Position numbers and translations under genes: made by a program. Below are positions 1 through 10,547 of a DNA stretch of 34,436 nucleotides, piece after piece. Origin of the DNA: an uncultured archaeon. Lineage in GTDB: Archaea > Asgardarchaeota > Lokiarchaeia > Sigyniarchaeales > SOKP01. The notes under the pieces are model-generated. The model saw nothing but the letters and a program-made list of their open reading frames with translations, did no database searches and was not told the origin of the DNA. The DNA lies in assembly GCA_964525635.1 (NCBI GenBank), contig CAZGJX010000039.1:1-34436 (forward strand), read 5' to 3'. The number at the start of each line of letters is the position of its first letter. Within the stretch, counting starts at the first letter, position 1.

Positions 1-41
1 TCTAATTTTGCTCTATCTTCATTTATATCATTATCCTGCAT
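1..41 (-). CDS. 5' part of small hypothetical protein (MQDNDINEDRAKL...), truncated by window edge; paralog of 15599..15763
   Basis: Manual translation; ATG preceded by GAGGTGA SD; near-identical to the intact copy at 15599..15763. Confidence 0.6.
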   Translation of the reverse strand, partial: MQDNDINEDRAKL

Positions 42-172
42 TTTTATTTCACCTCATTTTTTTAATTAGATAATTTATGATTTAAATTATTTTAATTATC
101 TTTACTATAAGTTAATAGTCTATTTTTCCATAACTCATTTTAAATTACTTAATTTTAATTGATTTACAAAAA

Positions 173-364
173 TTAATTATTAAGAACACCAATTCTTTTT
201 ATTTCTTTATTCGTTGGATGTTCAATAATTTTACTAATTAAATAAGACTCTTTTGTTCTATTATCCAATATTTGTAATGAATTACAAATTCTACATCTAA
301 GTACTTTTTTTCCATTATTTTTCCCAGGTAGTAACAATCCATCACATTCTTTACAAAACTTAAT
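173..364 (-). CDS. 63-aa zinc-ribbon protein resembling the N-terminal domain of TFS/RpoM (Rpb9-like), probable ATT start
   Basis: Manual translation IKFCKECDGLLLPGKNNGKKVLRCRICNS...GVLNN*; two CxxC; GAGGTG SD just upstream of ATT; conserved second copy at 15865..16056. Confidence 0.7.
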   Translation of the reverse strand: MKFCKECDGLLLPGKNNGKKVLRCRICNSLQILDNRTKESYLISKIIEHPTNKEIKRIGVLNN

Positions 365-475
365 ATTTTTTACACCTCATTGTTATTTTTTATCAAATAT
401 ATTATTTTAAAAATATCTCAAGTAATGAAATAATTATAAATAGTCGAATAGTTAATATAATCGAAAAAAAAAATA

Positions 476-1129
476 TTAGTATTGATTCTCAATTGAATGA
501 AGCTCTTGCTTTAAGGTAGAAATCTTTTCTAATGCAGAATTATAAAAGTCTACTTCAATCGTTATAATATTGTCTAAAATATTATTAAATTTCTCTTCTT
601 TTTCTTTTTTAAATACTTTCTTTGTTATTCTTACATTAGAATCTCCATGTGCTACTATTCTTTTTGCTTTATCTAATTCTAGTTTAGCATTTAATAATTT
701 ATCATCTTGTTGATTTTCAATAGATTTTGATTTTTCTTTATTATAGTTAACTTGTGCTTTTTCAAGTGCATCTTGAGCATTCTTTAAATTATCTATGTCA
801 TCTTTTAACCTATTGAAAGTTTTTAAAAGATCTTCTAATTGACTTATATATTTAAATTTTAGCTTACTTACTTTTAATTTTCGACTTTTTTCAATTTTTT
901 CATAATTATTTGCCAGAGTATTTAAAAGAGAACTTATAGGATCATCCTCATTTTTTGAAAAATTTTTGATAGAGTTAGCATATTCCATTGAAACTTCAGT
1001 TAAGTGTAATTGAGCATTAAAAAAATTATTACTTTTCTCTATTAAATCTTCTATCTTATTTTCATCAGGATTAGAAAGATCTACAACACTTTCAGCAAAT
1101 GATTTTAGTTTCTCTTTTATATTTGTCAT
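476..1129 (-). CDS. Standalone BAR-domain-like helical protein (copy 1)
   Basis: 217 aa, predicted all-helical; C-terminal FKKEKEEKFNNILDNIITIEVDFYNSALEKI recalls helix 3 of SNX/FAM92-type BAR domains; paralog at 16137..16790. Confidence 0.6.
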   Translation of the reverse strand: MTNIKEKLKSFAESVVDLSNPDENKIEDLIEKSNNFFNAQLHLTEVSMEYANSIKNFSKNEDDPISSLLNTLANNYEKIEKSRKLKVSKLKFKYISQLEDLLKTFNRLKDDIDNLKNAQDALEKAQVNYNKEKSKSIENQQDDKLLNAKLELDKAKRIVAHGDSNVRITKKVFKKEKEEKFNNILDNIITIEVDFYNSALEKISTLKQELHSIENQY

Positions 1130-1282
1130 TATTTTTTCAAATCTTTATTGGTTTCTTATGTATAATAAAATGATTTAGAATATTTAAGTATTAGCATATA
1201 TTAATATAATAATATGATGAAGAAAAGATATTAACATTAAAGCTAAATTTCCGAACCAAATTAATTTATATTAAAAACAAGA

Positions 1283-1311
1283 GAAACTCCATTTCTATAG
1301 GAATGGGATGA
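1283..1311. mobile_element. IS200/IS605-family-like end hairpin (orphan)
   Basis: GAAACTCCATTTCTATAGGAATGGGATGA forms a CCATTTC-TATA-GGAATGG stem-loop of the style seen at IS605 ends; no transposase adjacent. Confidence 0.45.
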
Positions 1312-1439
1312 TTTTTGTTGAATATCACTCATCTTTCTTACCCTTTTTTGGTGTATGTTAGTTTAAGAAAACAGAATTGGAACAAAATAGGAATAATTAT
1401 TTTTGTAATTTTTATAAGTAAACAAATAATAATAAAATT

Positions 1440-2387
1440 ATGAAAAAAGTTTATTATTTAATATATATGATAATCCTACTTACAATTTCTTTATGGATCT
1501 ACTTATTCTCCAGCTGGGAGCAACTTATAGTTAATTTAATTCTCATAAATATAATAATTTACGTAGTACAGAAACCTATAATTGGTTTGTTAAGATTTTT
1601 AATTAAAAAAAAGATTATACAAATCTTTATATCAAGTATTATCAATATTGTATGGTGTTTTTTTATTTTTTGGCTAGTTTTAGTTATGTCAGTTGATTTT
1701 TTTATTGCTGTAGTTTCCTATGTTTTAATATCTATTTCTTTTACTTTTAAAGATATAATCAGTAATATAACTGCTGGAGCAATGATGCTGACTTCAGAAC
1801 AGTTTGAATTAGGGGACTTAATTGAAACAAATAATATTCAAGGAATAGTATATCAAATAAATTTAAATCATACAAAAATAAGAGAATTTGATGGTGTATC
1901 AATTATATTACCTAATGATATTGTTTATGGATCATCACTCCTAAAATTTTCGCATCGAAGATATAGCATGCTTGATCAAGAAAAAAAAGCGGAGGATATT
2001 AAAAATAAAAAACAATATAGAAAATATATAAAAAAACTTGAGAAAGTTATTGCTAAGAAACAGAAAATAACAAAATATGTTAAAAGCCTTGAATTTTTAG
2101 GCGAAATCCCTCCTAAACAACTTGATGCTTCCTTAAATATTGTATTTAATAAATATGAAGCCCTATTAGGATATCGTCCTAATTATAGAGTAGATACAAC
2201 AACTTATGGTAGAATTAAAGTATTTATATATTTAATCTCTAATACTACTGAAGAAATACTAAATAATATTGATAGCTTTTTGCGAGACATTACCTATAAA
2301 ATATATAACAAAATGATTTATGATGGATGGGACACCTATAAAAAAGGGCAATTAAGGTCAAATTCTAAAGGGGAGGTATCAAACTAA
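1440..2387 (+). CDS. MscS-family mechanosensitive channel protein
   Basis: N-terminal TM helices then KDIISNITAG...FELGDLIE...G.V..INL.HT.IR.FDG..IILPN (MscS beta-domain motif). Confidence 0.85.
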   Translation: MKKVYYLIYMIILLTISLWIYLFSSWEQLIVNLILINIIIYVVQKPIIGLLRFLIKKKIIQIFISSIINIVWCFFIFWLVLVMSVDFFIAVVSYVLISISFTFKDIISNITAGAMMLTSEQFELGDLIETNNIQGIVYQINLNHTKIREFDGVSIILPNDIVYGSSLLKFSHRRYSMLDQEKKAEDIKNKKQYRKYIKKLEKVIAKKQKITKYVKSLEFLGEIPPKQLDASLNIVFNKYEALLGYRPNYRVDTTTYGRIKVFIYLISNTTEEILNNIDSFLRDITYKIYNKMIYDGWDTYKKGQLRSNSKGEVSN

Positions 2388-2388
2388 A

Positions 2389-3279
2389 ATGTCGATATTT
2401 AGAACTGATTTAGAAGCTATTATATATATAATCATCATTATGATTACAATATTTATTCTAAATAGAGGAATCTCCTTTTTATTAGGACATTTGGAAGGAC
2501 TGCTTGCAAGACAAAAGAATAAAATTAATTTTGTGTTGAAATTATTTTCAATCGGAATCATAATATACCTTCTAATTGAAGGTTTTCCATCATTTACTAC
2601 GATTAATCCTGAATACACAGCAATTATAACTAGTGCAACAAGTACAGCTTTAGCATTTGCCACAAGTGGGGTTTTTGCTAATTTTATGGCCGGTATATTA
2701 TTATTAATAATAGATCCATTTGATATTGGAGACATTGTGAAGATTAAAGGTCAAAAAGGAGTTATTAAGGATATAAGACTTACAAAAATAGTAATCCAAA
2801 CATTTGATTTTATATTATTAGAAATATCCAATAGAGAAGTTATCAAATCGCAAATTCTCAATTATACCATTAATTTGAATAATATCAAAACTTATGAAAA
2901 TTTTAAGAAAAAGATATTAGCACCTCAAGATATTGGAAAAGCTAGATTAGATATAGATATATTAAAAAATAGTAATGAAGAAGATGAACATGAATTGAGA
3001 GAATTGTATTCTCAAGTATCTAAAGAACAGTATAAAAAGATACATTCTTTCACATTTAAGATGCAATATCCTTATCAACAATTTCGTATTAAAGTGGATA
3101 AAACAGAAAAAATATGTTCACATTATAATGACATTTTTGGATTTAAACCACATTTTCATATTATGGATTTAGGTTTTGAAATCGGAGTAAAATTTAGAAT
3201 ATTTAGTTTGAAAACGGTAAAATTACTTACTGAACAACCATTATTTGCAAAAGAAATTTATAAAATAATTATGGAATAA
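2389..3279 (+). CDS. MscS-family mechanosensitive channel protein
   Basis: ALAFA...NFMAGILLLIIDPFDIGDIVKI.G..G.I.DI.L..I.I.TFD; 1-nt gap to upstream MscS; GGAGGT SD. Confidence 0.85.
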   Translation: MSIFRTDLEAIIYIIIIMITIFILNRGISFLLGHLEGLLARQKNKINFVLKLFSIGIIIYLLIEGFPSFTTINPEYTAIITSATSTALAFATSGVFANFMAGILLLIIDPFDIGDIVKIKGQKGVIKDIRLTKIVIQTFDFILLEISNREVIKSQILNYTINLNNIKTYENFKKKILAPQDIGKARLDIDILKNSNEEDEHELRELYSQVSKEQYKKIHSFTFKMQYPYQQFRIKVDKTEKICSHYNDIFGFKPHFHIMDLGFEIGVKFRIFSLKTVKLLTEQPLFAKEIYKIIME

Positions 3280-3805
3280 TTTTTTAAAATTTTATTTTTT
3301 TATTGTTTATCCTTTTATAATAATAGAGTTGTAGGTATAAGACATGATCACATAACTTATGACTTCATTTTAATATATAAATCTATATATATACATAGAC
3401 ATATGATACATCTTTGGAGTTTTCTCCAATTATATTTAAGTGGTTATTCGAGCAAGACGAGGATATCGAAGCTTGTTTGAAATAAAGTAGTCCTTCCTTA
3501 AAGTTAAATTAGCTGTATTATAGTAGTAAGTATTGTGGGATAACTTCCTTCAAAACTTCTGAGATAATGATAATATTATTATTAATAAAGTATTTTATGA
3601 ACTCATAGATATGCGAACAGCTTGATAACCTTAGTTAGGGCTGGTCTTTTTGAAAAAAAATATCGATAACCAGAATAGAAATTAGTAGTTTTTATAATCA
3701 ATATTAGAATTTTATAAATAGTTGTAAGGTTAAGTGATAATATCTAAATACTGACAAATGATAATACTATTATATATTAAATTTAGATAAATAAAGGGTA
3801 AAAAA

Positions 3806-4213
3806 ATGTCGAAAGAACTTATAAACGGTCAGATTATAGCAAAACAAGATGAGATTAATCGTCTTGAAGAAGAAGCTAAAAATAAACATGCTTCTGCTAA
3901 GAATGAAGTTGAGGAAAAGTATGATGATCGAATTAATAAAATAAAGGATCAATTACAATCAGAACAAGGAGATCTTGAAGAAGCTGTTCAAGAAAAGATT
4001 AAATGGACTGAAAAAGTAAAAGAATTAACTATATCCACCAAAAATTTTACAAAAGATCTAACTAATCTAAAAAAACAAAAAGATTCAGAATTTTCAACAA
4101 AAATCAAAGCAATTGAAAAGGAAGAAAAAGAGAAAAAGAAAGTTGTATTAGGAGAGATTAAACAATTAGAGAAAGAAAAGAAGGAACTAGAAAAGAATGA
4201 AGCTAAAGAGTAA
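3806..4213 (+). CDS. Charged coiled-coil hypothetical protein
   Basis: 135 aa, E/K-rich heptad pattern. Confidence 0.7.
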   Translation: MSKELINGQIIAKQDEINRLEEEAKNKHASAKNEVEEKYDDRINKIKDQLQSEQGDLEEAVQEKIKWTEKVKELTISTKNFTKDLTNLKKQKDSEFSTKIKAIEKEEKEKKKVVLGEIKQLEKEKKELEKNEAKE

Positions 4214-4382
4214 AATTTTTTCCCATGTTTTTTAAATTAAATAAATCAAAGTTTTTAACATAATTTTAGTTGGATTTTTAGAAGTTTTTAATTAATATAG
4301 TAATCAAATTATAATCCTACATTTTGGTTATAATCTCATACTAATATTTTTTTCCTTTATATTTTTGAATGACGTTTATCGC

Positions 4383-5254
4383 TCAGTCATCAAATAATTC
4401 ATCTTTTATTTTTCTTATCGTTATTCCATTAAGCTTTACAAATCGATGAATGAAAATAGTTGTAGAAAAGATTATCCCTGCTAAATAAAATACTTGAATG
4501 GTCCAGAAGTATGATTCAATTGATGTAAAGAACACAAGATTAAAACTATAAGATAAACACGCGATTGTTGTGATCCATATTATAGAGATAAGTAAAATGA
4601 TTCTCTCATAAGTCTTAGGTTCACTTTTGCTAAACACAATTATTTTTAACCAAAAGATAATACAAACAAATGTTATGGGGTAAAAATAAGAGAACTTATA
4701 CCAATTGGGAGTAATAAATATACTGCAAACCGAGTTCTCCAGATCTCTAAGATCTCACCTAAGGTCATTTGATCTTGAATTTGGACTTTTGCATAGTTTC
4801 CTCGCCAGCTAAAGTATCTTTTCTTCATTTTTCTCCCTATTTTTTTTGCACCTCTACTAATACGCTTAAATATTCCTTTATCTACAGCTTCCTGAAATTC
4901 TTCCCTAATTAATGGAATTATATATAGTGATAGCATTAAAGAAAGAATTCCATAGAGAAATATTAAAAGATCAAACCAATATTGCATATCTGTTGGAGGT
5001 AATGAGGGAGGTAAGTTTGAAATTATACTATATATAGCATATCCAATAAAAATTCCTGGAATTATAACCTGAAAAATAATAAGAATCTGAATATGTTTTT
5101 TACTAAATTTTTCAGTAAAATGATTTAGAATCCATAAAATACCATTTGAAACAGTTAAGATTAGTCCAAAACCAGCAAGAAGTTTCATTGTCCAAAAAAA
5201 GAATAAGAAAGTGATATCTATACTAATAAAACCAAAGATCAATTCAAGAATCAT
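4383..5254 (-). pseudogene. Multi-pass membrane protein split by a 1-nt frameshift (ORFs 4673..5254 and 4383..4637)
   Basis: Adding one base to the GGGG run at 4677-4680 joins ...LIFTP to ITFVCIIFWLKIIVFSKSEP..., giving one continuous hydrophobic protein. Confidence 0.7.
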
Positions 5255-5501
5255 AAAAATAGTAATTGTACATAGACCAATTATGTAAAGTACTTCAAAT
5301 TTTTAAGATTTAATTTCATAAATAGAAATAAATATTCAATATTTTATAAGTATTTGTTTTGGGACTTTAGGTTATTACTTTTCTTTTAAGCATTATTAGA
5401 ACAATGATTTTCACTCTTCTAATTATTTATACAAATTTAATATCAATTAGAGTTTTCTAAAACTTTAAATACACTTCATTAAATTAATCAATTAGATTAA
5501 G

Positions 5502-6716
5502 ATGGTTAGATCTATTGATGATTATTATGATATTGTAGGACCAAGAATAATTGCTGAGATTCATAAGAAAGCCAGAAAATTATATGGAAAACATATTGTA
5601 CATATTAATTCTACTTCTCATGGTGGTGGAGTAGCAGAAATGCTGCTTTCGCTAATCCCACTAATGAATGATATAAATGTAGTTACAGGTTGGAGAGTAT
5701 TAAATGGAAATCCAGATTTTTATACTATTACTAAAAAGTTCCACAATGGGCTACAAGGAGAAGATTTTAATTTTTCAGAAATAAAACAACAAATTTATCT
5801 CGAAACAAATGAAGATTTCTCACAACTAACTCATTTAGACCATGATTGTGTTATAATTCATGATCCCCAACCATTACCTATTATTAAGTTTTTTAAAAAA
5901 AACCAGCCATGGATTTGGAGATGTCATGTTGATTTAACTTCCCCTCATCAAGAATTATGGGATTTTTTAAAACATTTTATCGTTAGATATGATTATATGA
6001 TTGTTTCTAATGAAAAATATAAAAAAGAGGATATGCCAATCCCACAACACATTATTTGTCCCGCTATTGATCCCATGGATCCTAAGAATAAAGAAATAGA
6101 TTCTGAATTAGTTAATTATACTCTTGATAAATTCGAAATTCCTCATGATAAACCATTAATCACTCAAGTTTCAAGATTCGACAAATGGAAAGATCCAATC
6201 AATGTTTTGAAAATCTTCAAAAATGTTAAAAAGAAAGTTGATTGTCGCTTAGTTTTATGTGGAAGTATGGCATCTGATGATCCAGAAGGAGTTTTCATAT
6301 ATGAACAGGTAAAAGAAGCAGCAGGAAATATGCTTGCAGATAAAGATGTGATAATTACTACAGTTGAAAATGATATATTAGTAAATGCTTTACAATCAGC
6401 ATCTTCTGTGATAATTCAAAAATCTCTGAAAGAAGGATTTGGATTAACTGTAACTGAAGCTTTATGGAAATCTAAACCAGTTATAGCATCAAATGTCGGG
6501 GGAATTCCAATGCAAATTACAGATGATGAAGATGGATTTTTATTTGATCCCCAAGATCTAAAAGGATTTGAAAATAAAACAATTGAATTATTAGAACATC
6601 CAGATTTAGCAATTGAAATCGGGAAAAAAGGAAGAGAAAAAGTAAAAAAAAATTTCCTTATTACACGACAAATAATTGATTATTTGGATGAATTAAATAA
6701 CATTATCAATAAATAA
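5502..6716 (+). CDS. treT: Trehalose glycosyltransferring synthase (GT4 family)
   Basis: HINSTSHGGGVAEML, HDPQP, WIWRCHVD, QVSRFDKWKDP, QKSLKEGFGLTVTEALWK motifs. Confidence 0.85.
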   Translation: MVRSIDDYYDIVGPRIIAEIHKKARKLYGKHIVHINSTSHGGGVAEMLLSLIPLMNDINVVTGWRVLNGNPDFYTITKKFHNGLQGEDFNFSEIKQQIYLETNEDFSQLTHLDHDCVIIHDPQPLPIIKFFKKNQPWIWRCHVDLTSPHQELWDFLKHFIVRYDYMIVSNEKYKKEDMPIPQHIICPAIDPMDPKNKEIDSELVNYTLDKFEIPHDKPLITQVSRFDKWKDPINVLKIFKNVKKKVDCRLVLCGSMASDDPEGVFIYEQVKEAAGNMLADKDVIITTVENDILVNALQSASSVIIQKSLKEGFGLTVTEALWKSKPVIASNVGGIPMQITDDEDGFLFDPQDLKGFENKTIELLEHPDLAIEIGKKGREKVKKNFLITRQIIDYLDELNNIINK

Positions 6717-6796
6717 TTAATATTATAATTTTAATATTCAAATTAATTAAATAAGATTCTTTCTTTCAAATTTTATTATCAATCACCTATTTAAAA

Positions 6797-7351
6797 ATGT
6801 TATCAAAAAAGAAAATAATCCAAATCTTGCTTATTAATCCAAACTTAGGTCATCCAAAAATTATAAGTAAAGAAAAAATTTCTAAATCTGAATCATTTTC
6901 TATTAATTTAGTATTTTTGAGTAAATTAGATGATTTATGTGAGTTTGAAAAAATAATCACAAATAATATTGAGCTAATACCCCTTTTGGATTTAAAATCT
7001 CGAAGGGATCAAAAAAAGGTTTTTGAAAAATTAAGATCTTTTTGGAAAGGATTTAAACTAAAGATTAGGAATTTATTCTCAGGAGAGAAGATAGTTCCGA
7101 AACATTTTAATAAGAGAGCATTTAGAGATATTCCTATTAAGACTGAAATTTTAAACATCAAAAAGTCAAATATTAATTTAATGAACAAGATCATAGATAC
7201 AAATGAGGAATATTATATCCCAAAAAAAAAATTCCAAAAGATTAGATTTTTTCCATCTGAGGAGCAAGAATCAATTCTCTGGATATTATCGGGAAAATGC
7301 CGTCTCTTATATAACTTTGCGTTAGCTGAGCGAATAGAGAATTGGCAATAA
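6797..7351 (+). pseudogene. Truncated hypothetical gene fused in frame to a TnpB N-terminal fragment
   Basis: First ~145 aa unrelated to the last ~38 aa, which are TnpB-like. Confidence 0.55.
7235..7351 (+). mobile_element. tnpB: IS200/IS605 tnpB (OrfB) N-terminal HTH remnant
   Basis: QKIRFFPSEEQESILWILSGKCRLLYNFALAERIENW matches the K.R.YP..EQ...L......R..YN.AL pattern of TnpB N-termini; stops immediately, no RuvC. Confidence 0.8.
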
Positions 7352-7495
7352 AAACTTAATTAAAAAGCACAAGAGATATAGTAGGAATTAATACTTGACG
7401 AAATATATACTTAGATATATGATATAAGGATAAAAACCATCAAAAAATCATATCATTTTCTCTTTCACTAAACTATATCATTTCCAAAAAAATAA

Positions 7496-7780
7496 TTAAG
7501 AATTTGTTTCATAAAGAATAATTCTATTAATTTCTCTAATATAGAATTTATTGTGCTTTGTAGTTTTCATTTTATCAAACAATCGAGATATTTGCCTTCT
7601 AGCTATAGGACGTAATTGATCCATATTAAAATCCAAAATCTTATCTTTTGGAATTTTTTTTTTTTTTATTTTTTTTTCTTCATACTGTAAATGATTCTCA
7701 TAGATTTTACCACGATAATGATATTTATTACATTTTGAACAATAATATTTTGTAATCTTAAATTCAACTCTTTTCTGCAA
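7496..7780 (-). CDS. Small basic putative zinc-finger protein
   Basis: YYCSKCNKYHYRGKIYENH (CxxCxxxH...H); TTG start. Confidence 0.6.
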   Translation of the reverse strand: MQKRVEFKITKYYCSKCNKYHYRGKIYENHLQYEEKKIKKKKIPKDKILDFNMDQLRPIARRQISRLFDKMKTTKHNKFYIREINRIILYETNS

Positions 7781-7830
7781 TATCTGAATTTATTTATTCA
7801 AATCAGTAATATTAGATTTAAAAAGGTAAA

Positions 7831-8097
7831 TCAATTAGATTCTAATTGAAATAAAATGAATCCATTTGGAATATAGAATTTATCTTTTTCCTGAATAACA
7901 ACTACATGATAATAATTAGCTAATCCTAAAAATCCTTTAATAACAGATTCATCCTCATTATATTTAAATAATATAGTTATTATTGTGTTTTTTGAATTAA
8001 AGCTTGCTTTATTATAGACTTTTTCTGTAATTAAAGGAATTTTTAGTTCTGACGCTATATCAAATATTTTTCTAACAAAAAGTTCATTTATTGTCAT
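7831..8097 (-). CDS. Hypothetical protein (likely start MTINELF at 8097)
   Basis: ORF track 7831..8178; the upstream extension is low-complexity AT sequence. Confidence 0.6.
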   Translation of the reverse strand: MTINELFVRKIFDIASELKIPLITEKVYNKASFNSKNTIITILFKYNEDESVIKGFLGLANYYHVVVIQEKDKFYIPNGFILFQLESN

Positions 8098-8449
8098 TTT
8101 TAAATAGTTCTCGGAATTATTGAATTGATTGATTTTATTGATTTGTAATATTATTTCATTATAATAGTATAAATTCATAATATATAAATATACTTGTATG
8201 ATAATATTATAATATGTGAAATAAATAAAAAAAATCTAAATTCATATAATAAGTAATTAAGCTATTTTGAATATAATTTTGACAATATTATATTCATATT
8301 TATTGAATATATATTTAAAATCAATGGGTTTCAATCTGATTGATATTAAGTAAGTATAACTTATAAAATAACATAAATATTTCTTGGATCGAGGTATTGT
8401 TATTTGAATTTAGGTTTTAAAATAATCCTTTTAAAAATTGAAATAAAAA

Positions 8450-9280
8450 ATGTTAAATATACATAAAAAGAAAAAATATAGTACATCTTTTATAAAATTA
8501 ACTGAAAAAGACATTAATTCTTATTTTTACTCAGATTTATCCTTAATGGGATCAAATTTTAAGTATTTTTGTAAAAAGAATAATATAGATTATATTCAAG
8601 CCAAAATAATTGGCTTAGACAAGAGTAAAGATCTATTGAGAAGATATTTTACAGATGAGATAGATGGGAATTTATCTAAACAAGATTGTGAAAACCTTTA
8701 TACATTATTTGAGGATCCATGGGATAATTCTAAATTAGAAAGGCACAGATTATTGGTTTCTTTTATTAATACCATGAACAACAATAAGAAATCACCATTC
8801 AATAAAATCCTAATATTAGGTGCTGGAACAGGAGGAGAATATGAACAATTAAATAAATTTTATCCCAAGGCGATCTTTATTATTACAGATATTTCAGAAA
8901 AAGCATTAACTTCTTTTCATTTGAAATATAATGAAAAATGTAATTATACTACTCATATACTCGACATATTTTCTAATAAATCATTATCAAATTTTATCAA
9001 ATTATATGATAAGTTTGATTTAATAATTGCGTCTGGAGTATATCGTTATGCTCCAACCAAACAAATAAAATATAACTCCGCCAAATTTATCTATAAAAAT
9101 ATCCTAAAAGAACAAGGTCTTTTTTGTATCGTTGAAGTAAGTCAAGAACCTAAATATGATGATCCATTCATCCTAAGAAGAATAATACCAATATTTAAAA
9201 GAAAAGTACAAACTAAGATGAGAATTAATCCCGCCCAGTTTGTATTTTATAAAAAAAATTTTACTACTAAACATAGGTGA
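8450..9280 (+). CDS. Class I SAM-dependent methyltransferase
   Basis: ILILGAGTGG motif I, ITDISEKAL, FDLIIASGVYRY; ENLY...EDPW segment resembles NodS-like N-methyltransferases. Confidence 0.85.
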   Translation: MLNIHKKKKYSTSFIKLTEKDINSYFYSDLSLMGSNFKYFCKKNNIDYIQAKIIGLDKSKDLLRRYFTDEIDGNLSKQDCENLYTLFEDPWDNSKLERHRLLVSFINTMNNNKKSPFNKILILGAGTGGEYEQLNKFYPKAIFIITDISEKALTSFHLKYNEKCNYTTHILDIFSNKSLSNFIKLYDKFDLIIASGVYRYAPTKQIKYNSAKFIYKNILKEQGLFCIVEVSQEPKYDDPFILRRIIPIFKRKVQTKMRINPAQFVFYKKNFTTKHR

Positions 9281-9285
9281 AATAA

Positions 9286-10497
9286 TTGATAATAGGTTTA
9301 CTTAAAGAAATTAAGAAAGATGAATTTAGGGTACCAATTATACCTAAGGATATAACAAAGATAGTTAAAGAAGGACATGAAGTTATTTTTGAACCAAACT
9401 GCGGTAAGATGGCGGGATATCCTGATAAAGAATATAAAAGAGCAGGAGCTTTACCAAAAGATAAGGATTTTATTTTTAAAAATGCAGATATTGTAGTTAA
9501 ATTGAAGACCCCTCAAGGAATCGAGCTAGAAAGATTTTCTAAAGGACAAATACTTTTTTCCTATTTACATTATGATGGAAATGAATCTTTAGAGGGGGCT
9601 GAGAAATTAAGAAAGTCTGGAGTAATTGCAATCGCATTCGAATGGGTTGAAGAGCAAGGTCCTGAATATCCATTACTAAAGCCTATGAGTGAATTAACTG
9701 GTACTCTTGCAGCTATTAAAAGCTTAGAAATATACCGGATAATAACAAGAAAAATTGCTGGTTCTTTTAGTGAAAATATTAAACCTGCAACTATAATGAT
9801 TATTGGACTAGGAACTATTGGTACAAATGCTTTAAATGTTTTTCTTCATCAAGGAATTCAAATAATTATTTTTGATAAAAATCCTGAATCTATTGAGGAG
9901 CGTGTTTTAGAATACATTCCAAAATATATATGGTTAAAATATAAAAATGAAATTAAGGTTGTAAAGTCTGATGAAGAAAATATAAAACAAACAAAAGAAG
10001 ACCTCAGGAAAGAATTACCAAATATAGACATACTTTTCTTTTCTGCTGTTCGTAGATCCACATTTAAAGAGGATCATTTAATAGATAAAGAAATGTTAAA
10101 TTTAATGAAAGAAAATAGTATTCTAATAGATGCAGGGGCTAATGATAAAGATTTAGTGGAATCAAGTATTTCTTCTCCAGAAATACATAAAATTTATAAA
10201 ATAAATAATGTATGGCACTATGTAAATGATCATATTCCAACAATAGCAGCTAATGATGCTTCAAGAATACTTTCACATGCAATATTACCTTATTTAATGA
10301 AGTTAATAAAGGGAGATCCTATAAATGCTATACTTGAGAATTCTTCATTATTAAAAGGTACAATTATCGCAGGATATCAATATACTCATAAATATACTTG
10401 CAGAAAGAAGAATATTCCATATATTCCTATTAAAATAGCTATAAAAAATTATTTCTCACATGAGAAAAGTATCAAGAGAAGATTAAAAACCATTTAG
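9286..10497 (+). CDS. Alanine dehydrogenase/PNT-family NAD-dependent oxidoreductase
   Basis: MIIGLLKEIK.DE.RV, VVKLK.P, FSYLH, PLLKPMSE, IIGLGTIG Rossmann motif; divergent C-terminal motifs, so substrate uncertain. Confidence 0.8.
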   Translation: MIIGLLKEIKKDEFRVPIIPKDITKIVKEGHEVIFEPNCGKMAGYPDKEYKRAGALPKDKDFIFKNADIVVKLKTPQGIELERFSKGQILFSYLHYDGNESLEGAEKLRKSGVIAIAFEWVEEQGPEYPLLKPMSELTGTLAAIKSLEIYRIITRKIAGSFSENIKPATIMIIGLGTIGTNALNVFLHQGIQIIIFDKNPESIEERVLEYIPKYIWLKYKNEIKVVKSDEENIKQTKEDLRKELPNIDILFFSAVRRSTFKEDHLIDKEMLNLMKENSILIDAGANDKDLVESSISSPEIHKIYKINNVWHYVNDHIPTIAANDASRILSHAILPYLMKLIKGDPINAILENSSLLKGTIIAGYQYTHKYTCRKKNIPYIPIKIAIKNYFSHEKSIKRRLKTI

Positions 10498-10547
10498 TTA
10501 AAAATTAATTATTAAAGTCTAAAATAAAAAATTAGGGTAAATTAAGC

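Noticed and set aside
3300-3760. Intergenic stretch with slightly higher GC, possible ncRNA or pseudogene
   Set aside because: No convincing ORF, tRNA fold or stem-loop found by eye
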